Origin: Deltaproteobacteria bacterium 13_1_40CM_4_68_19
GTDB taxonomy: Bacteria; Myxococcota; Myxococcia; Myxococcales; 40CM-4-68-19
Assembly (NCBI GenBank): GCA_001918155.1
Contig: MNFJ01000105.1
Span: 7,299 to 71,298 of the forward strand
Direction: 5' to 3'
Length of the DNA stretch: 64,000 nucleotides
Shown here: positions 45,135-53,396 of the stretch, piece by piece
How the letters are laid out: each line of letters starts with the position of its first letter
How positions within the stretch are numbered: the first letter of the stretch is position 1
Translations under genes and position numbers: made by a program
The notes under the pieces: generated by a model
What the model saw: the letters and a program-made list of their open reading frames with translations, nothing else
Told to the model about the DNA's origin: nothing
The model's database searches: none

Positions 45135-45847
45135 TGGAGGGCCTCGTCGAGCGCTGCATTGAAGGCCGGCGGATCGTCCAGCATCAACCAGTGGGACACG
45201 CCGGAGATCTTGCGCTGCCTCACGCCGGGCAGGAGCGAAGCCATCCGGAGGTTGTCGTCGTTCCCTTCGGCGTCGATGGCGAACTTCGGGCCGGCGAAGG
45301 GGCGCGCGGGCGCCACCTCCAGCATCGACGCCCGCAAGCTGGCGAAGGCGGGCAGATCCATCCGCGCCACGGACTGCAGCACCAGCCGCCGCGTCTGCGG
45401 CCGCGCCAACGGCCCGAGCATCTCGCGATATGCCTCCTGCAATCGCTCCGGCGTCATCCCGGCGTCGTGCGCACGGAAATACTCGCGGATCTCCGGCGCC
45501 GGGTTGCTCGAATCGCCCAGCGCGTCGACGTAGACGAGCCCGTGCAGGCGCTCCTGGCGCCGTCCGGCGAACTCTGTCAGGACCACGCCGGCGAGGCTGT
45601 GCCCGACGAGCCAGAACCTGGGCAGGCCGGCGATCACCTCCTCGAGATCGGTGACTAGCGCCGCCACGCTGTACTCGGAAGCGCGCGGCGACCGGCCATG
45701 GCCGCGCATGTCGAACGCCAGCACGCGCCGCGAACGCCTCAGATGCCCGATCTGCTCCCGCCAGACCTCCAGATCAGCGCCAAGCCCATGGTGCAACACG
45801 ACGGGCACTCCCCCCTCGCCGCCATCGTCGACATGCAGCCCCTTCAT
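45131..45847 (-). CDS. Alpha/beta hydrolase
   Basis: 238 aa. HHGLGAD, nucleophile elbow GHSLAG, and a distal ..SHW... motif. Confidence 0.8.
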   Translation of the reverse strand: MKGLHVDDGGEGGVPVVLHHGLGADLEVWREQIGHLRRSRRVLAFDMRGHGRSPRASEYSVAALVTDLEEVIAGLPRFWLVGHSLAGVVLTEFAGRRQERLHGLVYVDALGDSSNPAPEIREYFRAHDAGMTPERLQEAYREMLGPLARPQTRRLVLQSVARMDLPAFASLRASMLEVAPARPFAGPKFAIDAEGNDDNLRMASLLPGVRQRKISGVSHWLMLDDPPAFNAALDEALQ

Positions 45848-45890
45848 GGAGGGTCAGTACACCAATGTCGAGAGGCGTCAAGGCGAAGAG

Positions 45891-46934
45891 TCACCCGAGC
45901 AGGCGGGCGGCGAGCAGATCCTGGATGTCGAGCAGCCCGACGGGGCGGCCGTCGGCGTCGACCACCGGAAGCTGGTCCACCTGGATGTCCCGCAGCATCG
46001 CCGCCGCCGCGATCGCCAGATCGTCGGGACCCACGACCCGCGGGCTCTTGCCCATCACCGCGGAGACCGGCCGCGTGAAGTCGACCTCGCCGCTCTGGAC
46101 GAGGCGGCGGAGATCGCCGTCCGTGAAGATCCCGATCAGCTTTCCCTGCCCGTCGACCACGCTCGCCGCCCCCGGCCGGCCCTCGGTTCGCGTCATCACC
46201 GCCGCCGTCTCTCGCAGCGACGCGTCCGAACGCACCGTCGGATTGCGCGGTCCGGTGCGCATCACGTCGCGCACGCGGAGCAGCTGGCGCCCGAGCGCGC
46301 CGCCCGGGTGCAGGGAGGCGAACTGCTCGGGCGAAAATCCGCGGCGGTGCTGGACGGCCATTGCCAGGGCGTCGCCCATCGCCAGCAGGGCCACCGTCGA
46401 CGCCGTGGGCGCGAGCCCGAGCGGGCACGCCTCCGGAACCGGTCCGATCTCGAGGACGACGTCGGCGCGATCGGCGAGCGAATTGCGCGCCCCGGACGTC
46501 AGCGCCACGATCGGCGCCCCGAGCCGGCGGACGGCCGGGAGCAGGCGGAGCAGCTCGTCCGTTTCGCCGCTGTTCGAGAGCGCCAGCACGAGGTCGCCGG
46601 GGACCAGGCGGCCGAGGTCGCCGTGCAGCGCCTCGGCGGGATGCAAATAGAGCGAGGGCGTGCCCGTCGATGCGAAGGTCGCCGAGATCTTCTGTGCGAT
46701 GAAGCCGGGCTTCCCCATGCCGGTGACCACCACGCGTCCGGGACAGGCGAGCACCATCTCCACGGCGCGTGCGAACCCGCCATTGAGGCGTGCCGGGAGC
46801 TGCGCGACCGCCTCGGCTTCCGCGCGGATCACCTCGCGCGCATAGTCCACGATGTCCTGCTTCGGTGCCGCTTTGGGCACGCTGCTCAGTCGTCTGCGGG
46901 TCGCCATTCTCGTTCGGGCGCTGCTCAGTACCAC
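45891..46934 (-). CDS. kdsD: Arabinose-5-phosphate isomerase (KpsF/GutQ/KdsD family; SIS + tandem CBS)
   Basis: VVVTGMGKPGFIAQKISATFASTG, SNSGET, HPGGALG and two CBS-like repeats. Start may be ATG 46907. Confidence 0.85.
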   Translation of the reverse strand: MVLSSARTRMATRRRLSSVPKAAPKQDIVDYAREVIRAEAEAVAQLPARLNGGFARAVEMVLACPGRVVVTGMGKPGFIAQKISATFASTGTPSLYLHPAEALHGDLGRLVPGDLVLALSNSGETDELLRLLPAVRRLGAPIVALTSGARNSLADRADVVLEIGPVPEACPLGLAPTASTVALLAMGDALAMAVQHRRGFSPEQFASLHPGGALGRQLLRVRDVMRTGPRNPTVRSDASLRETAAVMTRTEGRPGAASVVDGQGKLIGIFTDGDLRRLVQSGEVDFTRPVSAVMGKSPRVVGPDDLAIAAAAMLRDIQVDQLPVVDADGRPVGLLDIQDLLAARLLG

Positions 46935-46981
46935 GTCTGCTGCCGCCCCGTCACCCCGCCGCGTCGGAGACGAAAGAGGCC

Positions 46982-47010
46982 TTGACGCGGCGCAGCCGAG
47001 GCCCTATCTG
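46982..47010 (+). promoter_or_regulatory. Sigma70-like promoter TTGACG-17-TATCTG of the TetR-etfBA operon
   Basis: cTTGACGcggcgcagccgaggcccTATCTG, 30 nt upstream of ATG 47041. The -10 element overlaps the operator palindrome. Confidence 0.5.
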
Positions 47011-47026
47011 AATGAGCCCTCATTCA
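47009..47026. promoter_or_regulatory. Operator palindrome TGAATGAG-cc-CTCATTCA (FadR/YsiA-type TetR box)
   Basis: Perfect 8-bp inverted repeat overlapping the -10 element. From memory it resembles the Bacillus FadR (YsiA) box TGAATGA..TCATTCA that controls fatty-acid degradation and etf genes. Confidence 0.6.
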
Positions 47027-47040
47027 GCCGGGCTCGCTGG

Positions 47041-47685
47041 ATGGCAGACCTTTTCGACGCGGAGATCGGCCACGTGCAGGCGCGCGAAAGCAGATCGAAC
47101 GACAAGCGCTCGCGCATCCTCGACGCGGCGATCAGGGTGTTCGCCGAGCGGGGCTTCCACAGCGCCACGGTGGCGGAGATCGCCCGCGCGGCCGGCGTGG
47201 CGGACGGCACGATCTATCTGTATTTCAAAGGGAAAGACGATCTATTGCTGAGGCTCTTCGACGAGAAGATGACCGGGCTCGTCGCCGAAATGAAGGCGGC
47301 CGTCGCCCAGGAACGCAGCGCGGCGGAGAAGCTGAAGCGCTTCATCCAGCTCCACCTCGCGCTCGTCGAGCGCAATCCCGAGCTGGCCTCGGTGCTGATC
47401 GTGGAGCTGCGACAAAGCGCGCAATTCCTCAAAGCGGCCGATCGGCAGAAGCTCGCGGCGTACGTCGATATGATCGCGGAGGTGGTCAGGGCGGGGCAGG
47501 AGAGCGGCGAGTTGGACCGCAACATCTCGCCCGCCACGGTCAAGCGCGCGATGTTCGGCGCGCTGGACGAGCTGGCGCTGGGGTGGCTCCTGGGCGGCCG
47601 CCGCGCGGCGCTGAAGAAGACCGCGGCCGAGGTCGCGGAATGGCTGGTGCGCGGGCTTCTGCCCGCAGATGGAGGAACGTCTTGA
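47041..47685 (+). CDS. TetR/AcrR family transcriptional regulator (FadR-like)
   Basis: 214 aa. HTH RILDAAIRVFAERGFHSATVAEIARAAGVADGTIYLYF. Heads the etfBA operon. Confidence 0.85.
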   Translation: MADLFDAEIGHVQARESRSNDKRSRILDAAIRVFAERGFHSATVAEIARAAGVADGTIYLYFKGKDDLLLRLFDEKMTGLVAEMKAAVAQERSAAEKLKRFIQLHLALVERNPELASVLIVELRQSAQFLKAADRQKLAAYVDMIAEVVRAGQESGELDRNISPATVKRAMFGALDELALGWLLGGRRAALKKTAAEVAEWLVRGLLPADGGTS

Positions 47686-48482
47686 AGATTCTCGTCACGG
47701 TCAAACGAGTCGAGGACTACGAGTCCAAGATCAAGGTGAAGCCCGACAACTCCTGGATCGTCACCGAGGGCGTCAACTATCGCGCGAACCCGTTCGACGA
47801 GATCGCCGTCGAGGAAGCGCTGCGGGTGCGGGACGCGAATGCTCCTTCCGAAGTGGTGGCGGTGAGCATCGGGAGCGGCGCCGCCCAGGCCGAGATCCGG
47901 TCGGCGCTGGCGATGGGCGCCGACCGCGGCATCCTCGTGAAGCATGACGGTTTCCTCGACAGCGACGCGGTGGCGCGCCTGCTCCAGAAGGTGGTCGCGA
48001 AAGAGGCGCCCGACCTCGTGCTCATGGGCAAGCAAGCGGTGGACGTCGACGACAACGTGACCGGGCAGCTGCTCGCCGAGTATCTCGGCTGGGGGCAGGC
48101 GACGTTCGCTTCCAAGAAGGAGTCGCTCGAGTCGCCGGAGGAGAAAGCGAAGAAGCCGGGCCTGCGCTTCGGGGCGGACAAGAAGACCGTCCAGGTCGCC
48201 CGCGAGGTCGACGGCGGCCTCGAAGTGCTGGAGGTCCAGCTTCCCGCCCTGATCACCGTCGACCTGCGCTTGAACGTGCCGCGCTACGCCAGCCTGCCGA
48301 ACATCATGAAGGCGAAGAAAAAGCCCATCGAAGAGCTCGCGCCCGCCGCGCTCGGCGTCGATGTCTCGCCGAAGGTCAAAGTGGTGCGGGTAGAGGCGCC
48401 GCCCGCGCGGACGGCCGGTATCAAGGTCCCGGACGTGGCGACGCTGGTGAAGAAGCTCCACGAAGACGCGAAGGTGGTCTGA
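47682..48482 (+). CDS. etfB: Electron transfer flavoprotein beta subunit
   Basis: TTG 47682 (GGAGGA 5 nt upstream) overlaps the TetR stop (TTGA). MKILVTVKRV..NPFDEIAVEEALR..LVLMGKQAVD.D..QLLAE.LGW. Confidence 0.9.
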   Translation: MKILVTVKRVEDYESKIKVKPDNSWIVTEGVNYRANPFDEIAVEEALRVRDANAPSEVVAVSIGSGAAQAEIRSALAMGADRGILVKHDGFLDSDAVARLLQKVVAKEAPDLVLMGKQAVDVDDNVTGQLLAEYLGWGQATFASKKESLESPEEKAKKPGLRFGADKKTVQVAREVDGGLEVLEVQLPALITVDLRLNVPRYASLPNIMKAKKKPIEELAPAALGVDVSPKVKVVRVEAPPARTAGIKVPDVATLVKKLHEDAKVV

Positions 48483-48484
48483 AC

Positions 48485-49435
48485 ATGGCGACGATTCTCC
48501 TCATCGCGGAGCAGGCCCACGGGCACCTCAAGAAGGCGACGCTCTCGGCGCTGACGGCTGCGCAGCAGCTGGCGCAAAAGGGCGGCGGCCAGATCCAGGC
48601 GGTGGTCATCGGCGCCGGTGCCGCGCAGTCGGCGCAGGAACTCGCCGCCTACCTTCCCACCGTGCATGCCGTGGAGGGAGGTGGCTTCGAGCACGCGCTC
48701 GCGGAGACGCACGCCGCCGCCGCCGTGGAAGCGGCGAAGAAGGTCGGCGCCACCGACGTGGTGCTCGCCGCGACCGCGTATGGCAAGGACATCGCGCCGC
48801 GCATCGCGGCAAAGCTCGCCGCGGGAGTGGCATCGGACATCCTCGCCGTGGTGAGCGCGAATCAGTTCAAGCGCGCGATGTGGGCGGGCAACGCCATCGC
48901 GACCGTCGAGGTGACCACGCCGGTGAAGGTGGTGAGCGTCCGCGCCACCGAGTTCCCTGCTGCGCAGAAGAGCGGTTCGCCCGGCGCCGTGCAGCAGCTC
49001 GGCGTCACGGCCCCCGCGCCGAAGACGAAATTCATCGAATTCAACGAGGTGAAGAGCGCGCGCCCCGAGCTGACCGAGGCGTCGGTCGTCGTCTCCGGCG
49101 GCCGCGGGACGAAGGGCGACTTCAAGCCCATCGAGGCGCTCGCCGACGTCCTGAACGCCGCGGTGGGCGCTTCCCGGGCGGTGGTCGACGCCGGCTGGCA
49201 GCCCAACGACCTGCAAGTCGGACAGACCGGCAAGGTCGTCGCTCCCAAGCTGTACATCGCCGCCGGCATCTCGGGCGCGATCCAGCACCTCGCGGGCATG
49301 AAGGGGAGCAAGACCATCGTCGCCATCAACAAGGATGCCGAGGCGCCGATCTTCCAGGTCGCCGACTACGGCCTGGTCGCCGATCTCTTCAAGGCGCTGC
49401 CCGAGCTCACCGAAGAGGTGAAGAAGCTGAAGTGA
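48485..49435 (+). CDS. etfA: Electron transfer flavoprotein alpha subunit
   Basis: 316 aa. [27 protein letters not shown]...[24 protein letters not shown] (FAD-binding signature). Confidence 0.95.
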   Translation: MATILLIAEQAHGHLKKATLSALTAAQQLAQKGGGQIQAVVIGAGAAQSAQELAAYLPTVHAVEGGGFEHALAETHAAAAVEAAKKVGATDVVLAATAYGKDIAPRIAAKLAAGVASDILAVVSANQFKRAMWAGNAIATVEVTTPVKVVSVRATEFPAAQKSGSPGAVQQLGVTAPAPKTKFIEFNEVKSARPELTEASVVVSGGRGTKGDFKPIEALADVLNAAVGASRAVVDAGWQPNDLQVGQTGKVVAPKLYIAAGISGAIQHLAGMKGSKTIVAINKDAEAPIFQVADYGLVADLFKALPELTEEVKKLK

Positions 49436-50379
49436 CGGGCGCCCTCACCCGCCTCGGGGTTCACCGGATCCCGGTGCCCGTCCCGTTCCCCGAAGCGGGC
49501 GGTCCGGCGAACGTGTACGTGATCGAGGAGAAGGACGGCGGCGTGGCGCTGTTCGACGCCGGCATCGGCACGAAGGAAGGCCGCGACGCCCTCCACGCCG
49601 GACTCGACGAGCTGGGCATCTCCACCGGGGAGCTGCGGCGTATCTTCGTCAGCCACGGGCACATCGACCACTACGGCTGCGCCCGCGCCGCGCAGGAAGC
49701 GTCGGGGGCTCCGGTCTACGCGCACCTGCGCGATCACGACAAGCTCACCGGGCGGGACCGCACGGCGCGCCGGCTGGAGCTCTACGCCGCGTACCTCTCG
49801 CGGCTCGGCGCCCCGCCGCGCCTGCTCGAGCACGTGAGGATCCATTGGCAGGACGCGCTGCGGATGGCGCGGCCCCTCGAGCACGTCGAGCCCCTGCCGG
49901 CCGGGACCATCCTCCGCTTCAAGCGGTTCTCGGCGGAGGTCCTGCACCTGCCCGGGCACACTCCGGGCCTGATCTGCCTGTGGGCTCCGGAGGCGCGCGT
50001 CCTCTTCTCCGATGACCACCTGCTCGAGCGCGTTTCGCCGAATCCGCTGCTCGATCTCGAGGGACAGGGATCGAGGAGAAGGACGGCGGCGTGGCGCTGT
50101 TCGACGCCGGCATCGGCACGAAGGAAGGGCCGCGACGCCCTCCACGCCGGACTCGACGAGCTGGGCATCTCCACCGGGGAGCTGCGGCGTATCTTCGAGC
50201 TGCTCCTCGCCGGTCCGCTCACTCCCGCCGAGCTGGCGCCCAAGGTCTTTCCGCAGGCGAGGGAGCACCAACTCTACCTCACGCTCTCGGAGGTGCTGGG
50301 CAACCTGGAAGTGCTGGAGGCGCAGCGGCGGGTTGCGCGCAGCGAACGCCAAGGCCGCATCTACTTCGAAGCCGTGTAA
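49432..50379 (+). CDS. MBL-fold metallo-hydrolase with C-terminal winged-helix region, internally rearranged (probable pseudogene despite the open frame)
   Basis: GTGA overlap with etfA. HGHIDHYG, LPGHTPG and FSDDH are present. 50069..50197 is a copy of 49521..49648 and replaces the segment that should carry the last His ligand. Confidence 0.6.
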   Translation: MTGALTRLGVHRIPVPVPFPEAGGPANVYVIEEKDGGVALFDAGIGTKEGRDALHAGLDELGISTGELRRIFVSHGHIDHYGCARAAQEASGAPVYAHLRDHDKLTGRDRTARRLELYAAYLSRLGAPPRLLEHVRIHWQDALRMARPLEHVEPLPAGTILRFKRFSAEVLHLPGHTPGLICLWAPEARVLFSDDHLLERVSPNPLLDLEGQGSRRRTAAWRCSTPASARRKGRDALHAGLDELGISTGELRRIFELLLAGPLTPAELAPKVFPQAREHQLYLTLSEVLGNLEVLEAQRRVARSERQGRIYFEAV

Positions 50380-50388
50380 TGTGCCGGG

Positions 50389-51480
50389 GTGATCTCGCGA
50401 TGGCTCTGGCGCGCTGGCTGGTTGCTCCTGCCCGCCGCGTGGCTGCTGCACAGGTTCGTCCACAACGAAGCCCTGGTCTTCTTCGTCGCTTGCGCCTCCT
50501 TGGTTCCACTGGCGAAAACGATGGGCGACGCGACCGAAGAGCTCGCCGAGCGCATGGGACCCGCGGCGGGCAGCCTCCTCAACGCGACCTTCGGCAACGC
50601 GGCCGAGCTGATCCTCGGCATCGCGGCGTTGCGGCACGGCCACGTGGAGCTGGTGAAAGGCAGCGTCACCGGATCGATTCTCGCCAACCTGCTCCTCGTC
50701 GGAGGCGGCAGCATCGTGACCGGCGGGATCCGCTTCAGCCGGCTGCGCTTCAACCGCCTGGCGGCATCGTCCAACGTCGCTACGCTCTTCCTCGCGGTCG
50801 TCGCCATGGTCGTCCCTACCCTGCTCTCCCTCGGACCCAATCCGCGCTTCGACCCGGCGTTGCTCTCCGAGGAGATCTGCGCGGTCCTGATCGTGATGTA
50901 CGCGCTCTCGCTCTGGTTCTCGCTGCGCACGCACCGCGAGCATGTATCGTCGACGCGGGAGGACCTGGCGGCGACGCCCGCGGAGAAGGCAGCGGCTCGC
51001 CCGCGCGCGGCCGCGCATCGACGGTCCGTGGCGGTCGACCTCGGCCGGCTCCTGGTGGCGGCGGCGGCGACCGCCATCGCCAGCGAGGTCCTGGTCGGCG
51101 CGCTCGGGGGCACGGTCACGGCGCTCGGGCTTCCGGAGACGTTCGTCGGCGTGGTGATCGTCGCCATCGTGGGAAACGCGGCCGAGCACTCGACCGCGCT
51201 GCTCTTCGCCAATCGGGGGGACATGGACGTTGCGCTGGGGATCGCCTGGGAGTCGTCGAAGCAGATCGCGCTGCTGGTGGCTCCGCTGCTGGTGATCGCA
51301 GGGGCGATGCTGGGAGCGCCCATGGACCTCGCGTTCACCCGATTCGAGGTGGTGTCGTTGGGAATCTCGGTGATCGCCCTCGCCCTGATCGCGCTCGATG
51401 GCGAGACGCACTGGCTGGAAGGAGCCTTCCTGCTCGCGGTCTACGCCGTTCTCGGCCTGGGGTTCTTCTTCGTTGGCTGA
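50389..51480 (+). CDS. cax: Calcium/proton exchanger (CaCA family)
   Basis: 363 aa, about 11 TM. Paired alpha-repeat motifs LNATFGNAAELI and IVGNAAEHSTA. Confidence 0.85.
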   Translation: MISRWLWRAGWLLLPAAWLLHRFVHNEALVFFVACASLVPLAKTMGDATEELAERMGPAAGSLLNATFGNAAELILGIAALRHGHVELVKGSVTGSILANLLLVGGGSIVTGGIRFSRLRFNRLAASSNVATLFLAVVAMVVPTLLSLGPNPRFDPALLSEEICAVLIVMYALSLWFSLRTHREHVSSTREDLAATPAEKAAARPRAAAHRRSVAVDLGRLLVAAAATAIASEVLVGALGGTVTALGLPETFVGVVIVAIVGNAAEHSTALLFANRGDMDVALGIAWESSKQIALLVAPLLVIAGAMLGAPMDLAFTRFEVVSLGISVIALALIALDGETHWLEGAFLLAVYAVLGLGFFFVG

Positions 51481-52369
51481 CCTCGCGCTCACGCTGATCA
51501 TGGCGGTATGGGGGAGCAGCTTCGCCATCGTCCGGTCGCTGCTTGGAGCCGCGGAGGCCTCTGCTCTCCTGCTGGTCGCCGTCCGCATGATGGCAGCCTC
51601 CGCGCTGCTCGCCGGATTCATGGCGGTGGGTCCGGGCCGCCGTGCACAGCTGCGCGCCGTCCGCGGCGAGCTGCTTCGCGACGGCATGTTCGCGGGCGGT
51701 CTGCTCGGCATCGGCTTTCTGCTGCAGACGGAAGGGCTGCAGCGGACCACGGCGTCCCGGAGCGGCTTTCTCACCGGCACCCTCGTGGTCATGGTGCCGC
51801 TGATCGAGTTCGGCCTGTTCCGGAAGCGCCCGACGTTGCCGGCGCTGCTCGGGGTGCTTCTTGCCTTCACCGGGATGACCGCTCTTTCCGCCCCCTGGTC
51901 CGACGCCTCGCAGGCGACCGCGTTGGGCGATGGGCTCACGCTCGCCTGCGCGGTGGTCTTCGCCGGCCAGATCGTGGCGCTCGGCCGGGTCGCGCCCAAG
52001 CACCCGGTCCTGCCGCTGGTGCTCGTGCAGCTCGCCACCACGGGCGCTCTCGCGGCGCTCGTCGGCCCCTTCGTCGAGGTGCAGCACTTCTCGGCGGCGC
52101 CGCGGCTCTGGGCGGCCGTGCTCTATCTGGCGGTGTTCGCGACGCTCCTGGCGTTCGGGATCCAGACCTGGGCGCAAAAGATCCTCCCCCCGGTCCGCGT
52201 CGCGCTGATCTCAGCACTGGAGCCGGTGTTCGCCGCGCTCTGGGCGGCCCTGCTCATCGGCGAGCGTCTCACGCTCCACGAGATGGCGGGCGGGGCCTTG
52301 ATCGTGGTGGGCGTCGCGGTGGGCGAGGCCGGAGCGATGCTGCGGGCCCGGGCGCGTGCGCCGGGCTAG
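51473..52369 (+). CDS. EamA/DMT family transporter
   Basis: About 10 TM. ..IMAVWGSSFAIV.. and two EamA halves. Probable TTG 51473 start (8-nt overlap with cax) or ATG 51500. Confidence 0.8.
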   Translation: MADLALTLIMAVWGSSFAIVRSLLGAAEASALLLVAVRMMAASALLAGFMAVGPGRRAQLRAVRGELLRDGMFAGGLLGIGFLLQTEGLQRTTASRSGFLTGTLVVMVPLIEFGLFRKRPTLPALLGVLLAFTGMTALSAPWSDASQATALGDGLTLACAVVFAGQIVALGRVAPKHPVLPLVLVQLATTGALAALVGPFVEVQHFSAAPRLWAAVLYLAVFATLLAFGIQTWAQKILPPVRVALISALEPVFAALWAALLIGERLTLHEMAGGALIVVGVAVGEAGAMLRARARAPG

Positions 52370-52383
52370 AACACATTTCATGA
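52366..52383. repeat. AT-rich motif CTAGAACACATTTCATGA (reverse complement of the motif at 35713..35731)
   Basis: Hand alignment: the reverse complement equals TCATGAAATGTGTTCTAG versus TCATGAAAATGTGTTCTAG at 35713. Lies in the 33-nt gap between the EamA gene and the next gene. Confidence 0.6.
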
Positions 52384-52402
52384 GCCGTGCTGGCAGGGGC
52401 GC

Positions 52403-53389
52403 GTGAGGCACGGGGTCGACCCACCCGAAGTGGAGCGCGCCGCCAACGGGCTCCGCGTTCGGGGGCACGGCCTGTACCTCGAGCCGAGAGGACGGCCGCC
52501 GCTCGGGTTTCTCGCCCACGCGCGGGGCGCGCCTCCGGTCCTGCCGGAACGGATGGTGGTCACCGGTCCAACCAGCAAGCTGCTCGAGGCAGCTTTGCCG
52601 CGTGCGCTTCGCAGGACGGCCACGCTTCCGGCAGTGTACGGCCAGACGTTCGCGCTCGGCTCGCTGCGCCTCACCCTCCATCCCGCCGGGCACGTGCTCG
52701 GCAGCGCGCAGGTCCGTTGCGAGGCCCAAGGCCTCGACCTGGTGTACGCCGGAGACATCGGCGGCGCGGGAGCGCGCGCCTCGCTCACGGCGGAAACGCT
52801 GGAGCAGCTCACCTGCACGACGCTGGCCATCCGCGCCGTGTACGGGCACCCTCGTTACGTCTTTCCACCCAGGGCGCTGCTGCTCGAGCGCCTGCAGGAC
52901 TTCGTCGAGCGCGCGCTGCGCGACGGGAAGACGCCGGTGATCGTCGGAGCCGCGCTCGGGGAGGCGCAGGAGGTCGTGCGGCACCTCGGAGGCCGCCGGA
53001 CGCTGCGGCTGCACCCTACCGCCTTTCGCGCCTGCGAGGTCTACACCGCGCAGGGGTGTGAGCTGAAGGGATTCGTGCGCCTCGATGACGAGGGAGACGT
53101 GGTGGTCGTTCCGCCCACCGTCCGCCTGGCGCGGTTGAAGCTGCGCGCCTACCGGATCTGCGTGCTCTCCGGCCGGGCCGTCGACGGAATCGCCGGGGCG
53201 GACGAGGCGCTGCCGCTCGCCGATCACGCCGGATACGACGAGCTCCTCGGCTACATCAGGGCGACAGGAGCAAGGCGTGTGCTCACCATCGGCGGGCACG
53301 CGGAGGATCTGGCGCAAGCGGTTCGAGCGCCCGGGATCGAGGCGTTGGCGATCCGCGAGCAGCACCAGCTTGCCCTGCCGGGCCTGTGA
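52403..53389 (+). CDS. MBL-fold beta-CASP-like protein (ligase-associated exonuclease-like) lacking the HxHxDH motif
   Basis: 328 aa. LHPAGHVLGSAQV, LVYAGDIG and PLADHAGYDELLGYI..VLTIGGH match beta-CASP landmarks. The position of HxHxDH reads LAHARGA. Confidence 0.5.
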   Translation: MRHGVDPPEVERAANGLRVRGHGLYLEPRGRPPLGFLAHARGAPPVLPERMVVTGPTSKLLEAALPRALRRTATLPAVYGQTFALGSLRLTLHPAGHVLGSAQVRCEAQGLDLVYAGDIGGAGARASLTAETLEQLTCTTLAIRAVYGHPRYVFPPRALLLERLQDFVERALRDGKTPVIVGAALGEAQEVVRHLGGRRTLRLHPTAFRACEVYTAQGCELKGFVRLDDEGDVVVVPPTVRLARLKLRAYRICVLSGRAVDGIAGADEALPLADHAGYDELLGYIRATGARRVLTIGGHAEDLAQAVRAPGIEALAIREQHQLALPGL

Positions 53390-53396
53390 CTCCGTT

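Noticed and set aside
44208-45533. 441-aa plus-strand ORF beginning at the hemerythrin gene
   Set aside because: Only about 52 aa after ATG 44280 are hemerythrin-like. The remainder is an Arg/Gly-rich read-through antisense to the hotdog-fold and alpha/beta-hydrolase genes.
49366-52041. 891-aa minus-strand ORF; similar long antisense ORFs at 16634..18700, 34012..35697, 55973..57832, 57769..59706 and 42132..43655
   Set aside because: Each lies antisense to a gene with strong family motifs (MBL/cax/EamA, fumC, OMP, CPBP/HD, GAF-HD-GYP, dapD/dapE). Their translations are low-complexity and Arg/Gly/Pro/Asp-rich.
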